Assembly: GCA_030704615.1 (NCBI GenBank)
Contig: CM060732.1
Coordinates: 10,726,001 to 10,790,000 of the forward strand
Source: Takakia lepidozioides
Taxonomy: Eukaryota; Plantae; Bryophyta
DNA: 64,000 nt
Direction: 5' to 3'
The position numbers and the translations under genes were made by a program. Below are positions 12,401-26,000 of this stretch, one piece after another. Every line of letters starts with the position of its first letter. Positions within the stretch are counted from its first letter, which is position 1. The notes below the pieces were generated by a model. That model searched no databases and was not told the DNA's origin. It worked only from the letters and a program-made list of their open reading frames with translations.

Positions 12401-13164
12401 CGCTCCCAAGTGTTTCACTTTCAAAAAAATTTAAAAAAAAAAAAATCAGATCTATGAAATTTGACCTTATAGAGAGAATGAGCTACCTTGGTAAGCTACT
12501 ACCTCAAAAAAAATCAAAATCTCTGCATACAAGTACACACGGCCGGCAAAAATTAATTCAAAACTAGAGCCCTAATATCTTTTGTTATTTTTCACTAAAA
12601 CGTTGAGAATAAATGTAGGATTGTGTACAACAATTTAACTTAGTGCATTGCTTAAAAAATGCAAGGAAAAATTAACCTTAAAAAACAAGACTTGTTGAGA
12701 GGCAAAATTAATTTGCTCATGGATTAAAAGTTCCAATGGTATTCCAAAAGCCTCTCATTTTAGATTAATAGCGTCTTGAATGCATCGCGAGGCCATACAT
12801 GGTGGGGTCCGCAAAAAGGAGAGGGTCATCCCCAGTCCCCCCGCCCCATGGGTCTGCAGGGATGGTCTGCAGCATGGAGGGTCTCCTCATGCCCCACTTG
12901 GCAGACCCGCAGACCTGCCGCAGGGCCTCTCCTTAGGCGCATACGCTAATCCGTGTCGAAATATAGAATAATTTTTTAATTAATAATTAATTAAAATTGC
13001 CTCTCACTATATATATAATGGAATATATTATATATATAAGATATAAATGTATGCTTTATATCTAAGTTAAGACCCTGCCTGACACTACTACAGTAGTGGA
13101 GGACATCAAAATCTTGGGGTTTTTCATATCAAATTTCTCTTGGGCTGTGTCCCATTTCTATGCC

Positions 13165-13280
13165 CTCATGGCGAGGTTACTGTGAAAGAGGTTATTTTCT
13201 CCTCTCACTATTAAGGGGCCTGATTTGTGAGCTGTCGCTCCCAGTTGTTTCCCTTTGAAAAAAAATCAAAAAACAAAAAA
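13165..13280 (+). mobile_element. 5'-truncated copy of the same SINE-like element with A-rich tail
   Basis: catggcgaggttac..gaggttattttctcctctc..aaggggcctgatttgtgagctgtcgctccca.tgtttc..A-tract matches 4356-4425 plus 12401-12445. Confidence 0.65.
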
Positions 13281-14435
13281 TCTCCAAAATACAAGGTTTT
13301 TCCCGAACCTTTTGTAGAAGTATATTCTGCAGCAGATAACCAAGTTATAATTTTCATGGAATCTGGATATTTGCGGGTGGAGTATGAGATTCCTATATTT
13401 TAGATGAGAACTGTTGGGTTTTGATGAATGACATCCTCCCTTAGGAATTCTCGTTAATGCCTCTGCAGCCAGTAAAGACGAACTAACAACCCACATAAAG
13501 ACGGAAGCGAAAGAAATTACTGACGCATTTAGTGAAACTGTTTTCTACTTTTCTTCTCATAAAGGGACAAGCCCTCATAATTTGTTGGTAAGAAATAACT
13601 GCCTTTCATTTATGAGCCATGAGCCGAGGTGCAGGGGCCTGAAGCCTGAACCCTACACCCACGCGTGCTGGTCAACGATCAGTTAATGCTTAGCAAGAAA
13701 ATTTTATTATTATTATACAGTATGTTCTTAGTTTCCAAGTTACTATATATACATATACATATATATATTTTAATCTGTTTAAGGAACAGAAACTACCAAC
13801 CTGAACCAGGAAGCCGTGCTTCAATGGTCTAAGTAACTATGATTTAAAGGGCTTCCTCCCCTTTTCTTTGAAAAAAACAAAAAAAAAGGAACAGGGGACA
13901 GTGGCCCTAATCTGACTCAATTCTGGGTATAAATGAGAATATTTTGTTTTTATAAATATTTACCCCGACTAACCTTGGATAAGTGACTGAGACCAGTACG
14001 TCAGTTGGATAATGCTCAAATCGTGCTCCTTGGACTGTGTGCTATGGTTGCGTGGCTGGGAGGTGTCTCCTGTTATGCTTCATGGCTTATATGGTTAAAA
14101 TTTTCCCATAAAGGGCCTGAAATCTCCGAGAATTCCTTTTAATTTTACTTTTTATAAAAATCTGAAAGATAGAAAATGTCTCACTATAAACTTAGGGAAC
14201 TTGTCGATTTTTCCTTAATCTAGATGGGACGAAAAACCCACAAACCACCCAGTTTCCATTGGGTATTTGTGGCCCCTTTATAATTGTTACACAAATTGTA
14301 TTCCTTTATACTTTACAAAAAATAAATTAAATGTTACAATTTGGTCACTCTATTCTTGTTTAAAAAAGTCTTAATTCATTCATTCATTCAGTAAATATCA
14401 TTCGTAGTCCTATTAGTATTCATCCATCCAATATA

Positions 14436-15145
14436 CAGTCGACCCTGGATAAATGTTACCTGTTTTTTTGTTATATCATCATAAAAGTTATGATTTTCTT
14501 ACTCTGTAAAAATATACACTAAGAATGATAGAAAGAGTGTTATTTGTTATTTGTTATTGAACACCTACCCTCCTCTTTGTTACTCTTTGTTACAACACCT
14601 ATGTAATTGTTAGATTCAATATACACCTCTAAACTAGTTGGAGTAATCCATTGTGGCCACTAACAAATCACCTCCATGAATAACAGCCCCTAAAGTTGGT
14701 GACACACTCACTTAGCACTCAGTTAGTCTGGTATCTTAAATTGGAAATACCAGAAGGGTCCTGGTATGTAGTGCTATTTTCTTTTAAGGCAGGTAGGTTT
14801 TCCAAGAATGCAGCCCCTAAATTTCAAGTACGCCGCTATGCATAGGTAGTTTTAAGAAAAAACCAATCCGAATTTGAGCAATGGTATCTGAATGTCAATA
14901 ACCTGGAAATATGAACTCAGATATGGTTTTCTTTTTTAAAATAATAAAATAAAATGATACTACCATTTCAATGTTGAATTTGAATTGGAATACTATCATT
15001 TGAACTATTCTTCAATATGTTTTAATGTTAAATTTCTAATTGTTATGTTATGAAATTTCAACCTGTTTTACTGTTATTTGATATAACTGCCTAATTGTTA
15101 TAGAGTCTATACACTTGGAGCATAACAATTATCCAGGTTTGACTG
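14436..15145. mobile_element. Tc1/mariner (pogo-like) MITE, 710 bp
   Basis: 23-bp TIRs CAGTCGACCCTGGATAAATGTTA and (reverse complement) CAGTCAAACCTGGATAATTGTTA, with TA on both flanks; AT-rich non-coding interior. Confidence 0.8.
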
Positions 15146-15936
15146 TAATATGCACTTAACACACGTGTGAACTGCCCACTCATTTACACATTCATTCCTT
15201 CAGTTAAACAATTTTTATTTGACTTTGAAGTGAGCGTCCCGGCGAAACATGTTTGACTTTGTACACAAATCTAAAATGAAAAACCCAGCCGGACACTATG
15301 TGGCCACCTACCTCCTTCATGTGGCTTAGGTCAAATCTCGCAAAACGCCAACCGTTGGGAGTTGGGGGAATACTGTCGCATTTCGCCAAGTAGCCTGCAG
15401 ATAAGTCACAGTTCCCACTGCGTTGGGACGAGGGGATGAAACGCGATCACTTTCATGTTATCCCTACCACGTGGCAGATGTACTAGACCAAAAAGTGCTC
15501 CAATCGGCCAAATTTGAGCCCATAATGGCTGGATGGCTGGAGGGTCTGACATAAAGTTTGTTTTTGGCCAAGCTTTCTTTGCTTTTTGTGCTGCTGTCTG
15601 TTCCATGAGCTGCCAAACCTCTTTGTCGACTCGAGAGGTCGACTCGAGAGTGACAAAATCCTCTCTTGTCCGCTTGTAGGTACTTAGATTTGCACAAATC
15701 TTTTGTTGATGTTGCTGCACTACAAGCCACAGATCACAAGTTGTTAACAGTAATGTGAAAATGTTGCAAATAGCTTATCTAGAGCCTATTGGCTTAGACT
15801 CTCTGCATGAGCTCATGGTGTCTAGAAGCAGCTGGATATACAATACTTTCTGTATACACTGGATCTTCAAGTTGAGGTCGTCAGCAATTTGGAGAAGTTG
15901 GTTTCAAACTTGACAGCGTTGGAACTTGCTAAGCAG

Positions 15937-16095
15937 GTACTTAATTCGCCATGGGATGTATGTCTGCACCCGAAAAATGGCATTCTTTATATTGCAATGG
16001 CTGGGTAGCATCAGATTTGGCAACACGACATTTCTGAGGGTGTTAAAAAAAGTCTTCAGTTGAGATGGCTATGAGCGCAATCTGAATGGCCGCAG
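15937..16095 (+). pseudogene. SOQ1: Isolated exon of an NHL-repeat gene (SOQ1/NHLRC2-like)
   Basis: VLNSPWDVCLHPKNGILYIAMAG*HQIWQH...DGYERNLNG, with AG/GT borders, stops and a frameshift. Confidence 0.7.
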
Positions 16096-17069
16096 GTTCT
16101 CTCCTCTTTTGCCACATAGTCACAGCAAATGGATGAGGACTACATGGAGGACCATGATACACCTTCTCCAGTTCCATTAGAGTCTGTGAGGGGCATTGCC
16201 TGTGACATGTGCGGAGTGGGACTGTCACCACATAAGAGAAAGCACCAGGCTGGAAAGGGTGAAAGGGAGTGTAGCATTTTGTGAAGAAGTATAGCCTGAG
16301 GCCCAAGAGACAACGAAGTAGTCGTCCCTTGGGCAGGTATATCAAAGGTTCTTTATGAAGTCCAATATTGCTTCTCCATCTCAGCAGCTATTTTCAAGGA
16401 GGGGATTTTATGGAACGATGGGTGTACAAGATGCACAAGAGATAATTTATTTTCTTGAGATTTTTTGCATTAAGCTGACATTATTTTCAAGCTTAACATT
16501 AATTGCAATAGGAGTCAATGTTGATCAGCTTGGGACCTTCAAAAAAGAAATGTGAAGTTGAGACATGAGCTACATTGATTTCACCATTTTCAAGGTGCAA
16601 TTGACCTTCGATTCGTTAATGGCCGATAGTTGAATTGAGAAAAATTCATAGGCTTCACATCAAATGGAAATCTTGCAAGGATATCAATGTTGTTGTGAGA
16701 GCTACAAATGAGTGAATGGACTTGAATAGTGATACTTAAGCACCATATTCGTGCTTGGAATGAGATCAATCGATCATGTACGGAGATGGTGTGAATATGT
16801 TCCAAGCCATCACTTCCATGTGAAAAATTTACTAAAATGATATGTGTTGCACTGTCACTTACTTCGTGTTGTAGTAATTTGCATTGTTAAGACATGAAAT
16901 TCGTAGAGATGAAATTAAGCAAGATTTTGGCACGGAAGTAGTATCCCAACACTGTATTATAATGGACACGTGTCGTAATAGAGCAAACGTAATTAGTGTC
17001 ATTCTCATGTCATCAAAGTGACGTATATCACATGGATGATTTGTTTGACGACATCCGTACCACAATCGT

Positions 17070-20000
17070 TAGGTATTCGTGGCCTGGCAAATTAGAGATG
17101 TTGATCCCCAATTTCATCTCCTCCTCTTCAAATTCTTTAAACTCTGCTACCACCGAAGATACCACACTCCTGGAAGCACAGCCGTACCATTCTATTATTT
17201 AAAAAGGGTGACCCTACAGACCTTGGCAACTATAGACCTATAGCCCTCGCAAATACCATCTACAAACTCTTCACTAGCACATTTACTACACTATTGTCCA
17301 GTTACGGCGAACAACACCGTATCCTCAGCGACCCACAAGAAGCATTCCGTGCCACACGCAGTACCACCCGACAAATCCAATATGTCTTATCAGCCCCCGA
17401 GGATGCCAAACTCACCAAACAAGATATCTATCTCCTGTATATTGACTTTAAGAATGCATTTGCTTCCTTAGATCATGCTAGACTACTTGCCATTATGACT
17501 GACCTCGGCTATCCTTTAGACGTCATCCAACTTATCGGTAACATCTATACTGACAGTACCACTGAATACTTTGGCTCTTATTACGGCTCCACTCCCCCAT
17601 CCCTATTTTGCGTGGTACTATTCAGGGCGATACCCTAAGCCCATACCTCTTCATCATTTTTCTAGAACCACTCCTTGCTCACGGCAATTTAGGGTATCAC
17701 TACAAAACCTCACCCAACAAAATAACAGCTGTCACCTATGCTAACAACTTATCCATCATTGCTCATAAACCCCAGCACCTCAACCGCCAAGTTGATAAAT
17801 TATCCCGTTTTAATCAATGGTCTGGCATGGACTCAGTCTCCACAAATGCGTCGTTACGGCAGCCACCCATCACAGTAAATTCATACGTGTCGTGATAGAT
17901 TCTCATTGTAAACTACACATTCATTATCAAAATAACCCCTTCCCTTTCCTAGGTCCCGACGAACCCTACACCTACTTAGGCATCAGCTTGTTCCCTCACT
18001 CAAATGACACATCCAAAAGGCCACTACACTTACCAAACTAACTAACAAAAGCTTAGCACTTCTTCAATCTCCTATCCCCATTAGACCTAAACTTGCGATC
18101 ACCCAATCGGTGCTCAAACCACAAGTCCAATACGCCTTCCATGCTGCTCCATTCTCCCTTCTTGACATTTGCTTGCTTGACAGGCATATTATCCAACTAA
18201 CCAAACGGATCTGTGGGCTTCCTACTAGTACCCCGAATGCCCTAACCCAACTTCCCACGGATAGCTATGGTATCGGCTCTAGCCCCCTCATCACCTCTTA
18301 CGCCCGCACTCTTGGTACCCAACTACTAGAAGCCCTAAATGACCCTGGGCGTCTAGGGCTCATCTACCAGGGTATCGTCAGACACCTCGCCTCAAAATTC
18401 AATGGTCTCCACTCCCTTCCAACCCTCTACCCACAGTCTTTCCGTCACTCCCCAACCGCACGTTCTTTGCTCATTCTACGGCAAATGCGTATTAGCCTGC
18501 AAACAGACCTACCTGGCTACCCCAACTCGGTATCTCCATTAGAAGTCGTCTGGATCTCTAGCCCATTTCTTCCCCAATTTGAGGCAGCTCACCCCGCCAG
18601 AAAACAACTATCCTCAAATACTTCAAGGAAAGACATATCACCAACCTCACCCAACTCACCACTGCACCCGGTACCAAGCTTATAACCCCCCGTGAATACA
18701 CTCTGAAATACTCTCGAGCCACTACTAAGACCTGCCGGTTCCTCTCCTACCTCCGTACCTTATTCTGCTACCCCTTTACTTCATGCACCCTAGAATGTGA
18801 TATCTCGTGTCAGTTTTTTCCACACAGTTCACAAGACTTACTCCCTGCATTCAGACCAGCACCGGCCCCATCTATTTTCCATAAGCTCAGATTATCCCAC
18901 ACAACAATACACCACGAACCCACTACCCCAGACTTTCCCTCCCAGTCTCCACAGGATTTCACTGGCCAGCTCACACAATCTGACAACCAACAACTGACGC
19001 CCTCTTCCCCTACCGGGTCTCCTCCACAGTCACACACCCAGCTCTCACCCATCCCTACCACACCAGACTCTTAGTTCACTCCTCCCCTCCACCCTCCCCG
19101 GCCCCCGCTAACCTCAACAACTCCTCCAACGCTTTCATCATTGAAGCTATACTGGGTATTAAAACCCAAACTTCTACAAACTCATTTGGTGCAACTTGTA
19201 TAGACACATACTACCTATGCAAATGGGTGGGTTTTTCAAATGATGACAATACCTGGCAAATCGAGGACGACCTTTTTGGTTCGCATGATGACTGTGACCC
19301 AGACCATAACCTAGCCCTTCTTATTGCCTTCCATAAGTGTACCAACACCAATTACCTCACTCACTCACACCAACAGCATGTATCCCAAACCCAAACCCAA
19401 GACAACCGACATGTATCTCGCCCACTGCCTGCCGCTAACATCTTTATTGACATCACTGAATGCCACCCCGGTAAAGACATCCTCCATGACTCGCCTGCCA
19501 TATGCGCCGGCCCCCTATTGTTCGCTATCTACTCTAACAACGGTCGGTTCCTAGGTCTCGTCCCTAATGACAGGGTTGCCTAGCTTTGGGCCCGGTTCTC
19601 CTCCCACACCCATACCACCAATCACTTACATCCACCCCGCCAAGACTTTGCTACCAAAATCAGTTGGCTCCTAGACCAATACTTCCGCGACACCCCCCCC
19701 CCCAAAAAGCCCCGATCGGAAACCAAACTCTCCCAAGCTTATACACATAGCGTCATTTCCCAAGATATACTAACCCTCCTCATTACCTCCTTCCACCTCA
19801 CCCACTCATATTACTCTAGCCCGCTTACATGTCCTATGGACATCCAATAATTTGCCAGCCCACATCCCAGAGACTGCATCTTTGGGGCCTTTGGCTCTGC
19901 AACCCAACACTCATGGTCTGGAAGAGGACTGGCGCACCCTCCCCCAGGACTCCACACCCAAGAAGCTCTACAATGGGCCCGCTTTGCGGCCCACACATCC

Positions 20001-20880
20001 CCTACGGCAGCCACTATCCTCATACTCACCCACCAGTAGCCACCTGACAACCCCCACCCCTTACTGCAACTCCCACCAGGCACCACACTACTAGCCTCCC
20101 TCGAGCCAGGCCGACCTCTATACTCAAAGAACCCACCTTTCCCTAGATACCTTAAACATGACGAACTCACCATTACTCTTCTCCTTCATGTTCAACACAC
20201 ATCCGCCCCTCCCATTCCGCCTACTTTACACACCCACCTTGTTCACACACTTGAACGTATTCATGGCTTCAAGGTCACCTCAGACCTACCCCATATACCC
20301 CCTCCTCTACCGCATAGTACCATCAACTCACCCGCCTCTTAAAATCAACCTGAGTAAAAACTGGATTATAGCACTCCCTCGCCCACCCCTTGCCCCCCAA
20401 CCTACGGCAACCACCCCGCCGCCAAGTTATCACCATATGCCTCTTAAGTACCCACCGCTTCACTCCCACTATACTGATGGTTCCCACACAGGATCCAACG
20501 TCGGGTACGGCGTTTTTCACGCTGCCTCGAACCAAGGCATCGCCGCTAGACTCCCTGGACCCGCTACCATACTATGTGCAGAGCTTATGGCCATCTACAT
20601 ACCCCTCTCCCAACTACCCTCATTCTCTCCCCCTCACTATATTTTCACGGATAGTCTCACATCCCTCTTTTTTATATGCAACCACCTATCTTGCCCCTCC
20701 TCGCACCACCACTTCCCAGATCGTAACCTTATTGCAGCCATAGCTAGACTTGAGTCAACCCATTCACTTCCTGAAAGTCCGTTCACATACCAGTATCGCT
20801 GGCAATGAGGAGGTTGACCACCTCGCACAAGCTGGCGCTTTCGAGCCCCTCATCGATCCCATCAATGACCCTATCCACAT
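17070..20880 (+). mobile_element. Non-LTR retrotransposon (LINE, RTE/RTEX-like) ORF2 remnant: RT - chromodomain - PCIF1-like MTase - RNase H
   Basis: KKGDP..NYRPIALAN; YIDFKNAF; RGTIQGDTLSPYLF; YANNL (from YADDL); RNase H YTDGS..AELMAI..IFTDSL..KVRSH..GNEEVD. Confidence 0.88.
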
Positions 20881-21879
20881 TGACATCAAATCAAACTTCA
20901 AATCAACAAATCATCAAATCAAATCATGAATACAATACAATTACACATCGTTGCACTCCAGTTGCACATCGTTGCCTTTGTGGGAGTTGTTTGACATAAT
21001 CACCTAAGTCGTTGCGGGTATGGAGACAGTGCAAAAAAACAATGCAAGCATTCTCCATGCATTTCATCTCCAACCAATGTCTCTGTCAATTCAGAAAACA
21101 ACTCAGTGCCAAAACTTCCTAGTTTTCCAAATCCATTTTCGTCTTTGTTGTATCACGGGGAAAGCTTACAGCGTCTTTACATTCCAGAGTCTGTTGAGGA
21201 AATAAATTTATTCCATTCTTAAACCATATGCTTAATGACAACATGTGTAATGTGCATGCAAAATTTGGCAGTGAACAGACATCATCTGCACCCAAAACCA
21301 TATTTTCTTCCCTCATTTGCACTCCAAGGTTGAGTTCTCTTCAAGTTCATGCATTATTGATGAGCATGTTTCTTAATGTTGCTTATCTTTTGAGACTTTG
21401 CATATGTGATTTGGACATACTTAAGCGCGTGTGGACCAAATATGAACTTGAACCAAGTTCATTCAATGGGTCATTCAAGTATTGAACACATCTACGTGTT
21501 TTAGAGACGAAAAACTGCATTTCGTTTGCACATGATTTTATTTTTATTCTGTTCTTAAACCATATGCTTAATGATAGCATATGCAATGTGCGTGAAAAAT
21601 TTGAGAGTGAATAAAAACCATTTGGCCCCAAAACCGTATTTTCTTCCCTCATTTGCACTCCAAAGTTGAGTTGTCTTCAACTTTATGCACTATTCATAGA
21701 GAGTTCTACAATAGTGAACGAAGAAAACACTTTTTTATTTTTTATTTGTTTTTGGTCCAATATTTTGCACGGATGTAGTGGTGCAAGGGTCGAATTCATA
21801 GAACAAAACACAACCAAAAAACAGTTATTACGTAGCAGCAATCCCCAATCCTAGACCCCCAGGCAAGAGGGCACTTGTG

Positions 21880-22296
21880 ACGCCCCAGCAGGCATGCGAC
21901 TGAAGGGAATCGCAACCTCGCCATTGTGGCATTTCAGCGACGTCTAGACGTCGCAAACCCCAGCGCGACCTGACTCGGCCCTCCCCACGTGCCTAAGTGT
22001 GAGGGGGGTGTTGTTGCGATTCCCGGCAGTCGCAGCCTTGCGGGACTAGCGTCGCAGAGGGTAAGTGCGACGCCCGGGCATCGCAACCCCCAGCTTGCTG
22101 GCGGGTCATCCCCAACAGCAGCGACGTGGCGGAATCGCAAGCAGGCAAAGCGTCACCGGAGCGGCGCAGCGGCGACGGGCCGACGTCGTAATTTCCGGGC
22201 CGGGCGCCTGCGCGGCGCTGCAGTTGCAGGAGGGTCGTCGCGTCCGGCGCGCCCGGGGTCCCGGCGTCGCTAACCCCCCTAAACTACGTAGTAGTG
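21880..22296 (-). mobile_element. CACTA terminus with GCGACG-rich subterminal repeats
   Basis: CACTACTACGTAGTTTAGGGGGGTTAGCGACG reading minus from 22296; dense GCGACG/CGTCGC motifs. Confidence 0.7.
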
Positions 22297-22680
22297 TATG
22301 ACCGGGTGGGTACATTGACTCAGAAGATGCAGCCACGTGTCTCTAACCTTGTGAATGTGCGCGCATAGGGGGCAGTTTGGTGAAGGGAATAGGCGCGGCC
22401 AGAAGACCTGTTTGCGCTGATGGCCTATGTATTGGGCGTAACAAAATTTAAGCGTTTGTTTAATTTGAGCATCAGTTGTAGCTTTGGAGAGCCAGAAATA
22501 GTTGGATAGTTTATGATGGAGTATAGTGGAGAGTGTCCATTTTTGAATGTGGAGTTTGGTGTGGCTCATAGATGCCCTAGCTTGCTGAGTGGCTTCTTTA
22601 GTGAGGATGGAGAGGAGGTTGCGTATAGGCTTAGGGTCTGGAGGGTTTGGTATAGGGTGTATTAGCCAAAATGGGTGGGT
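22297..22680 (-). pseudogene. C-terminal Zn-finger region of a LINE ORF2, inverted relative to the 17-20.9 kb LINE
   Basis: SNYFW...CPLCAHIHKVRDTWLHLLSQC (CCHC, zf-RVT-like); same C-rich coding-strand composition as the LINE. Confidence 0.7.
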
Positions 22681-22976
22681 GCACGAAGAAAGATCCATTC
22701 CCTTTGCCATTCACAGAAGCAGTATTGGACACTGTGGCAGGCCATGAGATGTACTCATTCATGGATGGCTTCAGTGGTTATAATCAAGTGCAAGTGGTAG
22801 AAGAAGACCAGGGAAAGACGGCTTTCATCACAGACTGGGGTGCTTATGCATACAAAGTCATGCCCTTTGGACTTTGTAATGCACCAGCAACCTTTCAGAG
22901 AGTGATAAGTGAATCTTTTCATGAGTATCTGGATGATTTCATGCAGGTGTTCTTGGATGATTTCAGTGGATTTTGA
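22680..22976 (+). pseudogene. Fragment of an unrelated Ty3/Gypsy reverse transcriptase
   Basis: KDPFPLPF..SFMDGFSGYNQ..KTAFIT..MPFGLCNAPATFQR..FLDD. Confidence 0.85.
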
Positions 22977-23090
22977 GATAAGGCCAAAGCTTTATACACC
23001 GAGTGATCTCCAACAAGAATGATCTGCTTCAGTTCCTTCATCTAGGTGATAATATCAGTCTCTACTTCTACTTGTTGTGCATCTTCATCA

Positions 23091-26000
23091 TCGTTGACAG
23101 AGGATTTAGTGGGTACGGAACACCTGAGAACATTAGATTGGGTACGGATCCTGCATGATTGAAGAGAGAGGCAAAATGGCGGCTTGTGTCTCGCGCGCAG
23201 AGAGAGAGAGAGAGGAAGTTTCCCTGCTCGAGCTTTTCTGTGTTTTGAGAGTCTAGCAAGCAAGCACTATGGCTTCCAGTTCTGAGCGTGGTTGATTTGA
23301 ACTTGATCAATTCGAAGTCCCGCGCTTGAAGCAGACTCTGACGTTGGAATCTCGCTACATTTGTGAGCTTGCGCGCAACTTGTTGCCTAAGCAGTTGGTT
23401 TTTGTTGATTACCCGGAGGGAGAACCGATTCCGCGGCCCGAGCTCCCGCTGGACACGCCCTCGGAGTTCTGGGCCAAAACCTTTGAGGAAACTGCGCGCA
23501 AGGAAGCTTGCAAACCCATACGCACCAAAGCAGAGTAGAGGGAGCAGAGCCGGCGCATTCATAAATCTCTTCAGGGAACCTATGCTGCACGCCTTCTCCT
23601 CCAACTTCATTCCAGGGAAGTCACTCTACAAATCCCCCTTGCTAGTGCCAAAGAGCAGTTGGAGAGTGGTGAGAAGCTTAGCTGGGCTGTCTTGGGCATT
23701 CCACAATTCTCTGTGAGTCGAGAATTGGGTGTGGAGCTTGAGAGCTTCCTGCCTCCTGACAAGCCGAGCCCTCTACGATTGTGGGAACTGGTTAAGGGAG
23801 GAACTTCTATCCTGCTTGCTAACTTAAGGCCTTGAGTTCCGCCAGCCCCTACCCGGGATCCCACTTGGGAAGAGCTCATCATGGGTATCCCTGACTCTGA
23901 ATTTCCTTTTTGTCCCAGTGATGTGTTGATCTTTCCGGGGGTGTGTTTTCCGCGTGAAACAATAGGTCTCTACAAGGCCGAAGAAGCTCAGACATATCTT
24001 GCCCACACGCTGTTGGTGAAAGAGAAAGTGGTGCGCAGCATCGTGCGCGTGGCTTTTTGGCTCAAGGGTGAAGAGGAACTGTGGGCATTCTTGGGAGAAG
24101 GAGTGTACCTGCTGCACAAGCACCGCTTCATCACCTCCCACTGTGTGTCTGGGTGGGACTCGCAGCTTAGTGCTCCTTCGGACATGTAGTCGTGTCCTTC
24201 TCTTCTCATGCCTGTATTTACAAGATCTATGCTAGAAAGGAAGCAGAAGAGACAATGGGACTGAGTGAGTTGGAAAAATGTGCAGCGGAGGAGAGGGAAG
24301 AGACAACAACTAATGAAAAGAATAATATGGAAAAGGGAGAGTCGTTCGGAAATCACAAAGATCCGGCGACTGTGCCTCAGCCCACATTTGATTTGGACGA
24401 GCTGTGTGAAGCCATGGGGGTGATTTCAAATTGCCCTGCCCTTTTGAAGATGTTGCTGAAACAATTTGAAGTTCCGGACACTACTCCACGAAAATCTGAT
24501 CATGGAGAGCGAATGCATAAGCAGCAATACCCTGAGTACAACTTAGGGGAGGATTTTGAGTCCTTCTTGGAATTTTATGAAATCAGCACTGAAATGAATG
24601 GAGTTCCCCCACGATTCCAAGTCAAGTCCTTTCGGATCTGTCTCAAGGGAGAGGCCAGGCAACTGTTTGAGTCCAACATTAAGGACAAAAATGATCTTAC
24701 GTGGGTCGAAGCCAGAGAGTTGGCTCGCAAGCTCTTTCGTGAAGAAAAGCCCATAGCTTACACCACACCAGACTTAAAATTACATTATGGCGACAGTGTG
24801 TAATACTACACTGATTTACGAACTGCAATTTGTAAGTCGGTTTTGATTGCATCAGAGAGACCTGCTATTTTGAAACATTGTTTTGTAAAGGGCTTGCTCC
24901 CTGCTGAGAAAGTGTTTATGCAAAAACAGACTTACACCACTAAAGATGAGATGGTGGAATTGATTGAAGAAAGGTTACGTCTCAAAGTTGCTAAGGCAGG
25001 CCTGTCTAAAGTTGCCAACACGAAACACACTCATCTAGCTAGTGAGAGTCACTGTGTAGAGCCTACTGATGGGGACCCTGGGGTGAAAGGTATTGCAACA
25101 GATCTGGTCCCTTCCATTGTGCATGAGTTATCATCTTTTCGTAATGAAATCCAGGGAGAACTGCAAGCCTTCAAAGCTGAGGTAGGCTGGAACCCTGCAG
25201 TCCTTGCCACATCGGGGCCTCAAGGTAAAGCCCATGCTGGCATGCGTCATGACACCAGGACCTCAGTGGTGGCTTGCATGATTTGCAAGTCCATCAAGCA
25301 TTACACCAGGTGGTGCCCTTACCAATCTGACTTGCCTGCCCTGATTGAACAGTTACAAAAGGACAAAAAATAGCAGGGTACTTTAAGCAAACCAGGTCGT
25401 CTATGAGGGTGCCAGATGACCATGGTAAGAACCCCAACATGCTGGTAAGTGCTGTTCTTTCTCGTGATTTCAAACTCATGCACTGTGAGGCCTATAAACG
25501 TGTCAGTCGGGACCGTATCCACCCATTGATGACACAATGTCATGTGGGCCACCTTTCTTTTCCATGTGTTATTGATACTGGCTGTACCATGTCTGCCATT
25601 CCACTTAGTACAGTTTGCATTCTTGGATTAAAGATTAGCTCTGCTCATGGCCTTGTGGTTACAATAGCTGATGGCACAGCTTATGAACCCATTGGGTTAG
25701 TCACCTTACCGATCCGCATTAGTGGGAAAATTGTCTTGCTGACTTGCATTGTCACCATGGGTGAACAAGTTTTGTTGGGTCTGGATTGGATGAAGGGTGC
25801 AGAGGCCAGCATTGACATCATGAATAATCTTATATGTCTTCACAATGGTGAATGACAACCTTACAAGGTGAGTCTCAGCCATGTTACTATTGCTGCTGGG
25901 ACCTCTATGGCCAACTATTCTCGTCTCAAGCTTCAAGCTGAGCAGATGAAGGAGCAGGTGGGTTTGCATTATAATTGGGCCCGCTTCAGCCAGTTCCAAC

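Noticed and set aside
13083-13098. CACTACTACAGTAGTG as a collapsed CACTA element
   Set aside because: Only 16 bp with no matching 3-bp TSD; cannot be distinguished from chance.
13266-14280. Organelle-derived insertion (ycf2-like or group II intron-like hints)
   Set aside because: The resemblance is too weak to support by eye; it needs a BLAST search against plastid and mitochondrial genomes.
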